Assembly: GCA_045599365.1 (NCBI GenBank)
Contig: JAZRVS010000185.1
Coordinates: forward strand, 43,919-107,918
DNA length: 64,000 nucleotides
Direction of reading: 5' to 3'
Source of the DNA: Bacteroidales bacterium
GTDB taxonomy: Bacteria > Bacteroidota > Bacteroidia > Bacteroidales > UBA1715
This document shows positions 20,606 to 31,038 of this stretch, piece after piece; position 1 is the stretch's first letter; every line of letters begins with the position of its first letter. Both the position numbers and the translations under genes were made by a program. The notes beneath the pieces were generated by a model. The model had not been told where the DNA came from. It did not search any database and saw only the letters and a program-made list of their open reading frames with translations.

Positions 20606-20613
20606 TAAATTTG
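20606..20613 (+). promoter_or_regulatory. Candidate Bacteroidetes -7 box (TAAATTTG) upstream of nqrA
   Basis: Matches the TAnnTTTG consensus, 29 bp upstream of the nqrA ATG. No clean -33 TTTG at canonical spacing. Confidence 0.35.
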
Positions 20614-20641
20614 CGCGTTTCTATAGAATTACTTTAACAAA

Positions 20642-21991
20642 ATGTCAAAAACAGTCAAATTAAGAAAGGGTTTTGATATAAAAATGCAAGGTGTAGCCGA
20701 GCATATTTTTACTCAGAATCCAATGCCCGAAGCAGTGGCATTAAAACCGACAGATTTCGTTGGTCTTGTAGCGAAGTTGTCGGTGAAAGAAGGCGATAAG
20801 GTTTTAGCCGGAGATCCACTATTTGTTGACAAATTGCGTCCAGAAGTTCAATTCACATCTCCTGTGAGTGGAACTGTTTCTGCTATCAATCGTGGTAACA
20901 GACGTGCTTTGTTGAGTGTTGTGGTTACTCCAGACAAAGAAACCGAGTACAAACAATTTGAGTCAACAAATGTAGATTCAATGTCGAGAGAACAAATTAT
21001 TTCGACATTGATGAATGCTGGCGTTTGGCCATTTGTAAAACAACGTCCGTACGATGTGATTGCAAATCCAAACGACAAACCAAAAGCAATTCATATCTCT
21101 ACATTCGATACAGCTCCGTTGGCTCCTGATTACACGTTTGCTTTGGAAGATTCTGCAGCAGATTTCCAAATTGGTGTAAATGCATTAAAGAAATTAACTG
21201 ATGGTGCAGTTAATTTGAATGTATATAAGGAGGATAGAGCAAAAACGACGTTTACGCAAATTCAAGGTGTAGAACAAAATTTCTTCCAGGGACCTCACCC
21301 AGCAGGAAATGTTGGCGTACAAATTCATCATATTGATCCTATCAATAAGGGTGATGTTGTATGGGTTGTCAATCCACAAGATGTTGTGATTATCGGTCGT
21401 TTGTTCTCAAAAGGAGTTTTTGATGCTCGCGTAGTGGTTGCTTTAACTGGTGCAGTAAAAGGACCTCGTTATTACAAGACTATACTTGGTGCAAGTATTA
21501 AATCTTTCTTGGCATCAGAACAACTTGATGATAATATGCGTGTCATCAGTGGTAACGTGTTGACTGGAACTAAGTTGTCGAAAGATGACTATATTAGTTT
21601 CTACGATTCTCAAGTAACTGTAATTCCAGAAGGAACAGAACCAACATTTATGGGTTGGTTAGCTCCAGGGTTCGGTCGCCATAGTTTTAGTAGAGCTTTC
21701 TTCTCTTGGTTAACTCCAAATAAAAAATATGTTCTGAACACGAACACAAATGGTGGCGTAAGAGCATTCGTGTTTACGGGAGTTTATGAACAAGTATTAC
21801 CAATGGATATCTATCCAATGCAATTGTTGAAGGCAATTCTTGCAGAAGATATAGATAAGATGGAACAATTGGGAATTTATGAGGTCGTTCCAGAAGATTT
21901 CGCTCTTTGTGAATATGTTTGTCCTTCTAAAATTGAAATTCAATCAATTTTACGTCAAGGTCTTGATACAATTAGAAAAGAATTTAATTAG
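20642..21991 (+). CDS. nqrA: Na+-translocating NADH:quinone oxidoreductase subunit A
   Basis: 449 aa and first gene of a six-gene nqr-ordered operon. Family-typical sequence. Confidence 0.9.
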   Translation: MSKTVKLRKGFDIKMQGVAEHIFTQNPMPEAVALKPTDFVGLVAKLSVKEGDKVLAGDPLFVDKLRPEVQFTSPVSGTVSAINRGNRRALLSVVVTPDKETEYKQFESTNVDSMSREQIISTLMNAGVWPFVKQRPYDVIANPNDKPKAIHISTFDTAPLAPDYTFALEDSAADFQIGVNALKKLTDGAVNLNVYKEDRAKTTFTQIQGVEQNFFQGPHPAGNVGVQIHHIDPINKGDVVWVVNPQDVVIIGRLFSKGVFDARVVVALTGAVKGPRYYKTILGASIKSFLASEQLDDNMRVISGNVLTGTKLSKDDYISFYDSQVTVIPEGTEPTFMGWLAPGFGRHSFSRAFFSWLTPNKKYVLNTNTNGGVRAFVFTGVYEQVLPMDIYPMQLLKAILAEDIDKMEQLGIYEVVPEDFALCEYVCPSKIEIQSILRQGLDTIRKEFN

Positions 21992-22000
21992 TAGTGTAGT

Positions 22001-23191
22001 ATGAAAGCTGTAGAAAATTTTATACAGAAAACCAAACCTAATTTTGAAAAGGGTGGTAAGTATGAGAAATGGCTTCCTATATACGAGAGTTTCGAAACGT
22101 TTTTGCACGTTCCAGGAACGGTTACGTTGAAGGGTAGTCACGTTCGCGATGCGATAGATTTGAAACGTGCTTTGATTATTGTAATCTTTGCATTGATTCC
22201 TGCATTGTTATTTGGTATGTACAATGTTGGTTCATTATATTATACGTCTATAGGACAAGAATTTACTATGTGGGGCGCTCTTGGCTATGGATTTTTGAAG
22301 GTATTACCTTTAATAATTGTATCTTACGTTGTTGGATTGGGCGTTGAATTTACGTTCTGCTACATTCGTGGACACGAAATTAGTGAAGGATACCTTGTTT
22401 CGGGTTTGATAATTCCGATGATTGTTCCTGTTGACATTCCTCTATGGGAACTTGCGCTCGCTGTTATCTTCGCTGTGATTATCGGTAAGGAAGCATTTGG
22501 TGGTACAGGTATGAATATTGTGAATCCAGCGTTACTTGCTCGAGCATTCTTGTTCTTCTCGTATCCAGCACAAATGTCTGGATCTTCAGTTTGGGTACAT
22601 AGCAACGATACTGCTGTTGTTGATGGTTTCTCTGGCGAAACAGTACTTGGTCAATTAAATAATGGCGTTGCTCCAGATGCTATTTATAGTGGATTCGCAT
22701 CAAATCAACTTTCTCTTTGCGATTTATTCGTTGGAAATTATGCTGGTTGTGTTGGCGAAACGTCTGTAATTGCAATTTTGATTGGTGCAGCAATTTTGTT
22801 GTTCACTGGCATTGCAAGTTTCAGAATTATGTTCTCTGTATTCGCTGGAGGTTTCTTAATGGGATTGTTAATGAATGCAATTGCTCCAGAAGGCAACAAT
22901 GTGATGAATCTTCCTGCTTTACAACATTTGTTAATCGGTGGTTTCGCATTTGGTGCTGTGTTTATGGCAACAGATCCTGTTACTGCTGCTCAAACAAATA
23001 TTGGTAAATGGATCTATGGTTTCTTGATTGGCGTGTTTGCAATTATGATTCGTTGCTTGAATCCTGCTTATCCAGAAGGTATGATGCTTTCAATCTTGTT
23101 GATGAACGTATTTGCTCCTCTTATTGACCACTTGGTTGTTCAAGCAAATATTAAGAGACGATTGAAACGTACAAAGGTTACTAACGCTTAA
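22001..23191 (+). CDS. nqrB: Na+-NQR subunit B
   Basis: Polytopic membrane protein with ...GGTGMNIVNPALLARAFLFF... and ...FMATDPVTAA. Confidence 0.9.
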   Translation: MKAVENFIQKTKPNFEKGGKYEKWLPIYESFETFLHVPGTVTLKGSHVRDAIDLKRALIIVIFALIPALLFGMYNVGSLYYTSIGQEFTMWGALGYGFLKVLPLIIVSYVVGLGVEFTFCYIRGHEISEGYLVSGLIIPMIVPVDIPLWELALAVIFAVIIGKEAFGGTGMNIVNPALLARAFLFFSYPAQMSGSSVWVHSNDTAVVDGFSGETVLGQLNNGVAPDAIYSGFASNQLSLCDLFVGNYAGCVGETSVIAILIGAAILLFTGIASFRIMFSVFAGGFLMGLLMNAIAPEGNNVMNLPALQHLLIGGFAFGAVFMATDPVTAAQTNIGKWIYGFLIGVFAIMIRCLNPAYPEGMMLSILLMNVFAPLIDHLVVQANIKRRLKRTKVTNA

Positions 23192-23203
23192 TTTGATACA
23201 ACG

Positions 23204-23971
23204 ATGGAAAAAAGTAACTCATATATATTTGTATATTCATTAGTATTAGTCGTTCTTATTGCGACGTTACTATCTGTGGCTGCTTTCTCTTTGAAACCTG
23301 CTCAACAAGCAAATATCAAAATTGAGAAGATGCAAAACATCTTGAATGCAGTCAAAATCGAAGCTGAAACAAGTGAGGCAGAAACAGTATTCAACGAAAA
23401 ATTAAAAGACTTCTTTTTCGTGAAAAAAGGTACTGCTGAGGTTGCAACAGCAGAATCTATCAAACAAACTGATATGTTCAATTTGCAAAACGATGGCGAA
23501 AATTTGCCAGTGTACGAAGTTGAAGGCGAAAATGATACATATTTCGTTATTCCTTTGAATGGCGCTGGTTTGTGGGGCCCAATTTGGGGTTATATTTCAA
23601 TCGCAAAATCAGACTGCAGTACAGTATTAGGAACTGTGTTCGATCACGCAAGTGAAACAGCTGGTTTGGGTGCTGAAATTGTAAAACCAAAATTCCGCGA
23701 TAGATTTGAAGGTAAACACATCTTTAAAGATGGTGAATTTACATCAGTAAAAGTAATGAAGGGTGGAGCTACAAACGATTACAACGAAATTGATGCTATT
23801 TCGGGTTCAACAAAAACTTGTGATGGCGTTACAAATATGTTGAATGATTGTTTGAGTGGTTATGCAACATATTTCTTGTCAGTTGTTGGTGGCGCTGTTG
23901 CTCAAGAACCAGTTGCTGATACTGTTGCAAATCCTGTTGCAGATACTCTTAATGTTGAATCTTTAAATTAG
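23204..23971 (+). CDS. nqrC: Na+-NQR subunit C
   Basis: Single N-terminal TM. FMN-attachment-type motif ...DAISGSTKTCDG. Confidence 0.85.
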   Translation: MEKSNSYIFVYSLVLVVLIATLLSVAAFSLKPAQQANIKIEKMQNILNAVKIEAETSEAETVFNEKLKDFFFVKKGTAEVATAESIKQTDMFNLQNDGENLPVYEVEGENDTYFVIPLNGAGLWGPIWGYISIAKSDCSTVLGTVFDHASETAGLGAEIVKPKFRDRFEGKHIFKDGEFTSVKVMKGGATNDYNEIDAISGSTKTCDGVTNMLNDCLSGYATYFLSVVGGAVAQEPVADTVANPVADTLNVESLN

Positions 23972-23978
23972 TAAAACA

Positions 23979-24635
23979 ATGGCTGAAGAAAAAGAATCTT
24001 TGTTTTCTAAAAACAATATAAAATTATTGACTGGACCACTGAGTTCGTCAAACCCTATCACAGTGCAAGTGTTGGGTATTTGTTCAGCATTGGCTGTAAC
24101 TGCAAAAGTTGAATCTGCTATCGTTATGGGTTTGGCTGTAACAATAGTTGTAGGTGTTGCAAATATGGTGATTTCAATGATGAGAAATACGATTCCTAAT
24201 CGTATCCGTATCATCGTTCAATTGTTGGTTGCTGCAACATTGGTAATCTTGGTTGACCAAATATTGAAAGCGTTCTCTTACGGTGTAAGTAAACAACTTT
24301 CTGTATATGTTGGTTTAATTATTACAAACTGTATCTTAATGGGACGTATGGAAGCATTTGGTTTGGGTAATAAACCTTGGCCTTCATTCCTTGATGGTAT
24401 TGGTAATGGCTTGGGATATGGTATGATATTGGTGATTATTGCAGTTGCTCGTGAACTTTTTGGAGCAGGGACAATCACATTGCCAATCGCTGGCGAAATC
24501 CAAATTCTACCACAAGGATTCTATGAATGTGGTTATGAGAACAACGGTTTCTTCTTGATGCCTCCAATGGCATTGATTATCGTTGCTATTATTATTTGGG
24601 TTCAACGTTCACGTAATAAAGATTTAATTAAGTAA
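23979..24635 (+). CDS. nqrD: Na+-NQR subunit D
   Basis: 218-aa polytopic RnfE/NqrD-type protein in the conserved operon position. Confidence 0.9.
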   Translation: MAEEKESLFSKNNIKLLTGPLSSSNPITVQVLGICSALAVTAKVESAIVMGLAVTIVVGVANMVISMMRNTIPNRIRIIVQLLVAATLVILVDQILKAFSYGVSKQLSVYVGLIITNCILMGRMEAFGLGNKPWPSFLDGIGNGLGYGMILVIIAVARELFGAGTITLPIAGEIQILPQGFYECGYENNGFFLMPPMALIIVAIIIWVQRSRNKDLIK

Positions 24636-24656
24636 GGACTTTAAAAGATTACGATT

Positions 24657-25271
24657 ATGGATTTGTTAAACTTATTCGTTAAATCAATTTTTATAGATAA
24701 CATGGTGTTCGCATTCTTCTTGGGAATGTGTTCATTCATTGCTGTATCTAAAAATGTGGGAACAGCTGCTGGTTTAGGATTGGCAGTAACATTCGTGCTT
24801 GCAATTACAGTTCCAATTGATTACATGTTGGACAAATATGTATTGCAACCAGGAGCACTTTCATGGATGGGTGAAGGTTTTGCAGATGTTGACTTGAGTT
24901 TCTTGAGTTTCATCATCTTTATCGCTGTCATTGCTTCTTTCGTACAATTAGTCGAAATGGTTGTGGAAAAATTCGCTCCAGCATTGTATTCTTCTCTTGG
25001 TATTTTCTTGCCTTTGATTGCTGTAAACTGCGCTATTCTTGGTGGATCGTTGTTTATGCAACAAAGAGGGTACGAAACTCTTGGTGAAGCAACTGTGTTT
25101 GGTTTGGGTTCTGGTATTGGTTGGTTCTTGGCAATTGTTGGTATTGCAGCAATTAACGAAAAAATCAAATACTCTCACGTGCCTGCCGCATTGAAAGGTG
25201 TTGGAATCACATTCATTGTAACTGGTTTGATGGGTGTTGCATTTATGAGTTTTATGGGTATTAAATTATAA
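24657..25271 (+). CDS. nqrE: Na+-NQR subunit E
   Basis: 204-aa polytopic RnfA/NqrE-type protein in the conserved operon position. Confidence 0.9.
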   Translation: MDLLNLFVKSIFIDNMVFAFFLGMCSFIAVSKNVGTAAGLGLAVTFVLAITVPIDYMLDKYVLQPGALSWMGEGFADVDLSFLSFIIFIAVIASFVQLVEMVVEKFAPALYSSLGIFLPLIAVNCAILGGSLFMQQRGYETLGEATVFGLGSGIGWFLAIVGIAAINEKIKYSHVPAALKGVGITFIVTGLMGVAFMSFMGIKL

Positions 25272-25286
25272 TAAAAATAGACTGAT

Positions 25287-26576
25287 ATGATTTTTGGTGA
25301 TGCATCGGCAGGTTTAATAATTGGGGCAAGTGTTATTGTCTTCCTGCTAATAATTATATTGTTGGTCGCTTTACTTTTGTTAGCAAAAGCAAAGTTGTTG
25401 CCATCGGGAAAAGTTAATTTGTTCATCAACGATAAAGAACCTATGGAAGTAAATCCAGGTAGTTCTTTGTTGAGTACATTGCAAGGTCAAAATATCCTTC
25501 TTCCATCTGCTTGTGGTGGCGGTGGTGCATGTGGTATGTGTCGTTTGCGCGTAACTGAAGGTGGTGGAGATATTCTTCCTACAGAAAAAGGGTTCTTCTC
25601 TCGTAAAGAACAAAATGATAACTGGCGTTTGGCTTGCCAAGTAAAAGTTAAGAATGATCTTCATATTAAGATTCCAGAATCGGTACTAGGTATTAAGGAA
25701 TGGGAATGCGAAGTTATTTCCAATAAGAATGTGGCTTCTTTCATTAAGGAATTCAAAGTTAAGTTGCCAGCTGGCGAACACATGGATTTCTTGCCAGGTT
25801 CTTATGCACAAATCAAAATTCCTGCTTACGATCTTAATTACGCCGATTTTGATAGAAGTTTGATAGGTGATTTATATGTTCCAACATGGGAAAAATTCGG
25901 GTTATTCGGTCTAAAACAAAAGAATACAGAACCAACGGTTCGTGCATATTCAATGGCTAACTATCCTGACGAAGGAGATATCATTACGCTGACAGTTCGT
26001 ATTGCTACACCTCCATTCAAACCAAAAGATCAAGGTCTAGGCTTTATGGACGTTCCTTGTGGTATTGCTTCTACCTATATTTTCTCACTTAAACCAGGTG
26101 ATAAAGTAATTATGAGTGGACCTTATGGTGATTTCCACCCAGTATTTGATAGCAAACGCGAAATGATTTGGGTTGGTGGTGGAGCTGGTATGGCTCCTCT
26201 TCGTGCTCAAATTATGCACATGCTAAAAACACTTCACACTCGTGACCGTGAAATGCATTATTTCTATGGAGCACGTGCTATTGACGAGGTATTTTTTATG
26301 GAAGACTTCTTGGAATTGGAAAAAGAATATCCAAATTTCCATTTCCACTTGGCACTTGACCGTCCAGATCCAAAGGCAGATTCTCTTGGCGTTAAATACA
26401 CTCCAGGTTTCATTGCGCCTGTAATGGGTGATACGTATTTGAAACAACACGAGGCACCAGAAGATATTGAATACTACTTGTGTGGTCCTCCAATGATGGC
26501 TAAAACCGTTCTTGACTTGTTAGATAGTCTTGGCGTTGATAGCAATATGATTCGTTTCGATAACTTCGGCGGATAA
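25287..26576 (+). CDS. nqrF: Na+-NQR subunit F
   Basis: N-terminal TM, 2Fe-2S motif CGGGGACGMC, then an FAD/NADH-binding domain (RAYSMANYP..., GGGAGMAP). Confidence 0.9.
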   Translation: MIFGDASAGLIIGASVIVFLLIIILLVALLLLAKAKLLPSGKVNLFINDKEPMEVNPGSSLLSTLQGQNILLPSACGGGGACGMCRLRVTEGGGDILPTEKGFFSRKEQNDNWRLACQVKVKNDLHIKIPESVLGIKEWECEVISNKNVASFIKEFKVKLPAGEHMDFLPGSYAQIKIPAYDLNYADFDRSLIGDLYVPTWEKFGLFGLKQKNTEPTVRAYSMANYPDEGDIITLTVRIATPPFKPKDQGLGFMDVPCGIASTYIFSLKPGDKVIMSGPYGDFHPVFDSKREMIWVGGGAGMAPLRAQIMHMLKTLHTRDREMHYFYGARAIDEVFFMEDFLELEKEYPNFHFHLALDRPDPKADSLGVKYTPGFIAPVMGDTYLKQHEAPEDIEYYLCGPPMMAKTVLDLLDSLGVDSNMIRFDNFGG

Positions 26577-26600
26577 TAAACATCAACATTTAGAATATGT

Positions 26601-26631
26601 AGAGACGGAGAATACTCCGTCTCTTTTTTTT
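26601..26631 (+). terminator. Rho-independent terminator after nqrF
   Basis: agagacgga-gaatac-tccgtctct (9-bp stem) followed by a T8 run. Confidence 0.75.
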
Positions 26632-26670
26632 GTCCCCCGTATTTTTCTTTTCTGGCGGAGAACTTCTATA

Positions 26671-26786
26671 GAACAATATACAATTTGGCAGCACAATCAT
26701 TTATAATCAACTATCAGTAGTTAGTATTCAGTTTGATTTCCAAAATGGTAATTGATTACACAAAGAGATTCATCTAACAACTATAT
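26671..26786 (+). repeat. Dispersed structured intergenic element, copy B
   Basis: gaacaatatacaatttggcagcacaatcatttataatcaactatcagtagttagtattcagtttgatttccaaaatggtaattgattacacaaagagattcatctaacaact. Confidence 0.7.
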
Positions 26787-26847
26787 GTGTAAGTAATCTT
26801 GTGTATTTATTAATTTATTGAAAATCAATCTAATGTATTTGTTGCGT

Positions 26848-26948
26848 GATTTCAATAATGGGCGCTAACTCAAAAAAAAACATAGTTAGCGCCCAAAATA
26901 GATTTCCAATAATGGGCGCTAACTCAAAAAAAAACATAGTTAGCGCCC
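26848..26948. repeat. Tandem duplication (period 53 bp) of a hairpin unit
   Basis: gatttc(c)aataatGGGCGCTAACTcaaaaaaaaacatAGTTAGCGCCC occurs twice (26848-26894 and 26901-26948). 11-bp stem with an A9-containing loop. Confidence 0.8.
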
Positions 26949-26969
26949 GTTATTGTTTTAGAATTTCTG

Positions 26970-26977
26970 TATATTTG
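26970..26977 (+). promoter_or_regulatory. Candidate -7 box (TATATTTG) upstream of the 26999 ATPase gene
   Basis: Matches TAnnTTTG, 22 bp upstream of the ATG. Confidence 0.35.
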
Positions 26978-26998
26978 CAGCTGTAATATATTGATGTT

Positions 26999-28408
26999 AT
27001 GGAAGATAATAAGATTGTTGGTCGTCGTCGCGAGTGTTCTATTTTATCTCGTTTGCTGAAATCTACCGAGTCTGAGTTCATCGTTGTGTATGGTCGTCGC
27101 CGAGTAGGAAAGACTTTTTTCATAAATCGCTATTTTAATGACGATTTTGCTTTTAAGTTGACTGGGCTTGCTGAAAAGAATAAAGAAATGCAGTTGCAAA
27201 ATTTTGCAGATGCTTTGATTCGTTTTACAAAAACACAATTTTCAGTTCCAAAAACATGGTTCGAGGCTTTTAATCAGCTGCGGAATATGTTAGAGAATAA
27301 AAAGTCCGACAAAAAGAAGGTCGTTTTTATTGACGAATTGTCGTTTATGGATACTCCTCGTAGTGGGCTGATTACAGCATTAGAACATTTTTGGAATGAT
27401 TGGGCTAGTTCTCGTAATGACATTGTCCTTATTATTTGCTGTTCTGCAACATCGTGGATATCTAATAAAATTTTGAAAAACCATGGCGGTTTGCACAATC
27501 GTGTTACTTGTCGGTTATATATAAAACCTTTTACCTTGGCTGAAACGAAGGAGTATATTAGACATAAGGGTCTTCAAATGGAAGAGAAAGAAATTGCTGA
27601 ATGCTATATGATTATGGGTGGTATTCCGTATTATCTCAAACATTTACAAAAAGGTAAGAGTCTTGCTCAAAATATTGATTCAATTTTCTTTAGACGTAAG
27701 GAAGGCCTTGATGGTGAGTTTGAAAATTTATATGCATCGTTGTTCAAAAATTCAGAGAATTATGTAAAGGTAATAGAAGCATTGAGCAGTAAAAATAAAG
27801 GTCTAACCCGAAAGGAATTGTTGGAAAAAACGAATTTGATAGATAATGGACATTTTGCTCAAATTCTTTCTGACTTAGACGATTGCGATTTTATTCGTAA
27901 ATATAGAGGATATGGAAAAAATGAACGACAAAGCCTTTACCAGTTAACGGATTTTTATTCTTTTTTCTATTTTAAATACATAAAAAAATATAAGTCGGCG
28001 GATAAAGATTTTTGGATACACCAAATAAATACTCCTTCTTATAATGCGTGGGCTGGATATGCGTTTGAACAATTATGTCTGTATCATCATTCTCGAATAG
28101 AAAATACATTGGGAATTTCGGGAATTCAAACGGAAATTTTTGCTTGGAATGGACAACATGCTCAAATAGACCTTGTTATAAAACGTGCTGATAAGGTCAT
28201 TAATGTATGCGAAATAAAGTTTTGTGAATCAGAATTTGTAATTACAAAAAAATATCGTGACGAAATAGTAAACAAAATAAATGCTTTTCGTAGAGAGAAT
28301 AAAATTCGGTGGGCAATTCATTTGGTTATGATTACCGCTAATGGACTATACCCAACAGAATATACTTCATTGGTACAAAACGAGGTGTTTTTGTCTGATT
28401 TATTTTAA
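26999..28408 (+). CDS. AAA ATPase of the archaeal-ATPase/DUF234 type
   Basis: ...GRRRECSILSRLLKSTESEFIVVYGRRRVGKTFFINRYF (Walker A GRRRVGKT), Walker B VVFIDEL. 469 aa with the family-typical C-terminal domain. Confidence 0.75.
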   Translation: MEDNKIVGRRRECSILSRLLKSTESEFIVVYGRRRVGKTFFINRYFNDDFAFKLTGLAEKNKEMQLQNFADALIRFTKTQFSVPKTWFEAFNQLRNMLENKKSDKKKVVFIDELSFMDTPRSGLITALEHFWNDWASSRNDIVLIICCSATSWISNKILKNHGGLHNRVTCRLYIKPFTLAETKEYIRHKGLQMEEKEIAECYMIMGGIPYYLKHLQKGKSLAQNIDSIFFRRKEGLDGEFENLYASLFKNSENYVKVIEALSSKNKGLTRKELLEKTNLIDNGHFAQILSDLDDCDFIRKYRGYGKNERQSLYQLTDFYSFFYFKYIKKYKSADKDFWIHQINTPSYNAWAGYAFEQLCLYHHSRIENTLGISGIQTEIFAWNGQHAQIDLVIKRADKVINVCEIKFCESEFVITKKYRDEIVNKINAFRRENKIRWAIHLVMITANGLYPTEYTSLVQNEVFLSDLF

Positions 28409-28533
28409 GAAAACAATATACAATTTGGCAACAAAATCACTTGTAATCAGGTGTCAGTAGTCAGTTTATTTCCATAATGGTAAATTGATTACACAAAGAG
28501 TTTCGTCTAACAACTGATAACTGACAACTAAAT
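28409..28533 (+). repeat. Dispersed structured intergenic element, copy C
   Basis: gaaaacaatatacaatttggcaacaaaatcacttgtaatcaggtgtcagtagtcagtttatttccataatggtaaattgattacacaaagagtttcgtctaacaactgataactgacaactaaat. Confidence 0.75.
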
Positions 28534-28562
28534 ATCCTCCTTGACATTTGGTATCATTTATG

Positions 28563-28570
28563 TATATTTG
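28563..28570 (+). promoter_or_regulatory. Candidate -7 box (TATATTTG) upstream of the endonuclease gene
   Basis: Matches TAnnTTTG, 19 bp upstream of the ATG. A TTTG lies at 28547-28550, closer than canonical spacing. Confidence 0.35.
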
Positions 28571-28588
28571 ATAGAAAAATGAATAAAA

Positions 28589-29353
28589 ATGAAACGGGTT
28601 CTTATATTCTATCTTATGTTGTGTACGCTGTCATTGTGTGCGCAACAACGCTTTAATTTTAACTTATCGGATATAGCAAAGATTCAAGATAATCGCCCTT
28701 GTCAAGTAATTGTACACGAAGGTTATACTGTGGGCTACAATACTCAATTATGTATTCCAAATTGGGTTGCATACGAGATTACTTCAAAGGAGGCACAAGG
28801 TCAAGTTCCTCGAAAAGGTCATGATTTTTTTACAACCGATCCTTTGGCACAAGGTACAGTTGTTTCGTATTACGATTATTCTGGTTCGGGTTACGATCGG
28901 GGACACATGGCTCCTGCTGGCGATATGAAATGGAGTGTGAAGGCTATGGAAGAAAGTTTTTATATGACAAATATGTGTCCTCAAAATGGTAATTTGAATG
29001 GTGGCGATTGGCGTATTTTGGAAGAAAAGATTCGTTCGTGGGCTTCGCAATATGGCAGTTTGTACGTTGTTTGTGGACCCATTGTGTCAGAAAATCATGC
29101 AACAATTGCCAATGGGAAAATTGCAGTTCCAGATGCTTTTTTTAAGGTTATTATTCGCAAAACAAAAGATGGCGCAGAGTCCATAGGATTTATTTATAAA
29201 AACGAAGCTGGTCATCATTCAATGTCATCGTATGCTATGCCTGTTGATAGCGTGGAACGTGTTACCAATATTGATTTCTTTAATAAATTACCAAAGTCGT
29301 TGGAATCTTCTGTAGAAGCAAATTTCTCTTTACCAGCTTGGGGTTTAAAATGA
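28589..29353 (+). CDS. Secreted DNA/RNA non-specific endonuclease (NucA/EndoG family)
   Basis: Signal peptide MKRVLIFYLMLCTLSLCAQQ. Active-site motif GYDRGHMAPAGD and downstream NMCPQ. Confidence 0.85.
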   Translation: MKRVLIFYLMLCTLSLCAQQRFNFNLSDIAKIQDNRPCQVIVHEGYTVGYNTQLCIPNWVAYEITSKEAQGQVPRKGHDFFTTDPLAQGTVVSYYDYSGSGYDRGHMAPAGDMKWSVKAMEESFYMTNMCPQNGNLNGGDWRILEEKIRSWASQYGSLYVVCGPIVSENHATIANGKIAVPDAFFKVIIRKTKDGAESIGFIYKNEAGHHSMSSYAMPVDSVERVTNIDFFNKLPKSLESSVEANFSLPAWGLK

Positions 29354-29476
29354 GTTGCTGTTTGTGAGTTGTCAGTTATTAGACGAATCTTTTTGTGCAA
29401 TAGACTTACCTTTATGGAGGTCAAATTGACTACTGAAAACTGGTACATGGCTACAGCCAACTTGTATATTGTTTCC
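29354..29476 (-). repeat. Dispersed structured intergenic element, copy D (inverted orientation)
   Basis: Reverse complement reads ggaaacaatatacaagttggctgtagccatgtaccagttttcagtagtcaatttgacctccataaaggtaagtctattgcacaaaaagattcgtctaataactgacaact. Confidence 0.7.
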
Positions 29477-29554
29477 TTTTATTTTATCTTCAAATAGTGT
29501 TTCGTTGCCCTTTTTTATCTATTTTTGACAAAAATTTTAAGTTTCTGATTGATT

Positions 29555-31036
29555 ATGCAAAATTTGCTCATTTACAATACTTTAACGCGACAAAAAGAAT
29601 TGTTTAAACCATTGCATGCTCCACATGTTGGTATGTATGTTTGTGGTCCAACGGTATATGGCGATGCTCATTTAGGTCATGCTCGCCCTGCAATTACGTT
29701 TGATGTCTTGTTTCGTTACTTGAATCATTTAGGCTATAAGGTTCGTTATGTTCGCAATATTACCGATGTTGGTCACTTGGAACATGATGCCGATGAAGGT
29801 GAAGATAAAATTGCAAAAAAGGCTCGCTTGGAACAAAAAGAACCAATGGAGGTTGCGCAATATTATACGAACCGATTCCGTAATGCTATGGCAGCATTGA
29901 ACGTATTGCCTCCAAGTATTGAACCTCAGGCTTCTGGACATATTATTGAGCAAATCAATTTCGTGAAAAAAATTCTTGACGCGGGTTACGCTTACGAAAG
30001 TCAGGGTTCTATCTATTTCGATGTTCGTAAATACAATAAAGATTTTCGTTATGGCAAACTTTCTAATCGAAATATTGAGGAACTTTTAGCTACAACGCGC
30101 GAACTCGATGGACAAGACGAAAAGCAGTGTTCGTTAGATTTTGCTCTTTGGAAAAAAGCTCAGCCAGAGCATATAATGCGTTGGCCGTCTCCTTGGAGTG
30201 ATGGCTTCCCTGGCTGGCACATGGAATGTTCGGCAATGGGTACAAAATATCTGGGAGAAACATTTGATATTCATGGTGGTGGTATGGATTTGATTTTCCC
30301 TCACCACGAGTGTGAAATTGCACAGTCAACGGCTGCTCTTGGTCATGAGTCTGTCAAGTATTGGATTCATAACAATATGATTACCATTGCAGGCAAGAAG
30401 ATGGGAAAATCGTATGGAAATTTTATCACTCTTGATGAATTTTTCAATGGCTCTCATAAAGATAACGAAGGAAATGAAATGCTTGCTCAAGCATATAGTC
30501 CAATGACAATTCGTTTTTTTATTTTGCAAGCACACTATCGTAGTACGGTCGATTTTAGCAACGATGCTTTGCAAGCCGCAGAGAAAGGTTTTGCTCGTTT
30601 GGTAGAGGCATATAATCGTTTACAAAAAATCACTCCAAGTGCTACATCAACTGTCGATGTAACGGGTCTTGCAGAACGATGCGAAGAAGCAATGTGCGAT
30701 GATTTGAATACTCCAATTGTGATTTCTCATTTGTTTGATGCTACTAAAGCAATCAATCTAATAACAGATGGAAAAGCTACAATCACAAAAGAAGATTTAG
30801 ACGAATTAAAACAGACATTTGATGTATTTGTAAAAGATATTCTTGGTTTACGAGTTGAAGAATCTAATAATCAACAAGATAAAGCATATAAGGGCGCTAT
30901 AGATTTGTTGTTAGACATTCGTAAACATGCAAAAGCGAATAAAGATTGGGCTACAAGCGATAAAATTCGCGATGAATTGGCAAAACTTGGTTTTTCAGTA
31001 AAAGATACAAAAGACGGATTTGAATGGAGTTTGTAG
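29555..31036 (+). CDS. cysS: Cysteine--tRNA ligase
   Basis: HIGH motif as HLGHAR, zinc/active-site WHMEC, KMSKS motif as KMGKS. ATG at 29555 is preferred over the TTG at 29549. Confidence 0.95.
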   Translation: MQNLLIYNTLTRQKELFKPLHAPHVGMYVCGPTVYGDAHLGHARPAITFDVLFRYLNHLGYKVRYVRNITDVGHLEHDADEGEDKIAKKARLEQKEPMEVAQYYTNRFRNAMAALNVLPPSIEPQASGHIIEQINFVKKILDAGYAYESQGSIYFDVRKYNKDFRYGKLSNRNIEELLATTRELDGQDEKQCSLDFALWKKAQPEHIMRWPSPWSDGFPGWHMECSAMGTKYLGETFDIHGGGMDLIFPHHECEIAQSTAALGHESVKYWIHNNMITIAGKKMGKSYGNFITLDEFFNGSHKDNEGNEMLAQAYSPMTIRFFILQAHYRSTVDFSNDALQAAEKGFARLVEAYNRLQKITPSATSTVDVTGLAERCEEAMCDDLNTPIVISHLFDATKAINLITDGKATITKEDLDELKQTFDVFVKDILGLRVEESNNQQDKAYKGAIDLLLDIRKHAKANKDWATSDKIRDELAKLGFSVKDTKDGFEWSL

Positions 31037-31038
31037 GT

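Noticed and set aside
20192-20641. Lysine riboswitch or other leader in front of lysC
   Set aside because: The lysC upstream region is occupied by the diverged dispersed-element copy. I see none of the conserved lysine-riboswitch core sequences I remember. This cannot be excluded without a covariance-model scan.
26848-26948. Possible CRISPR array (repeated hairpin units), and likewise the 14-bp array at 12919-13083
   Set aside because: The first has only two units with no unique spacers of CRISPR length. The 14-bp units are contiguous. No cas genes occur anywhere in the window.
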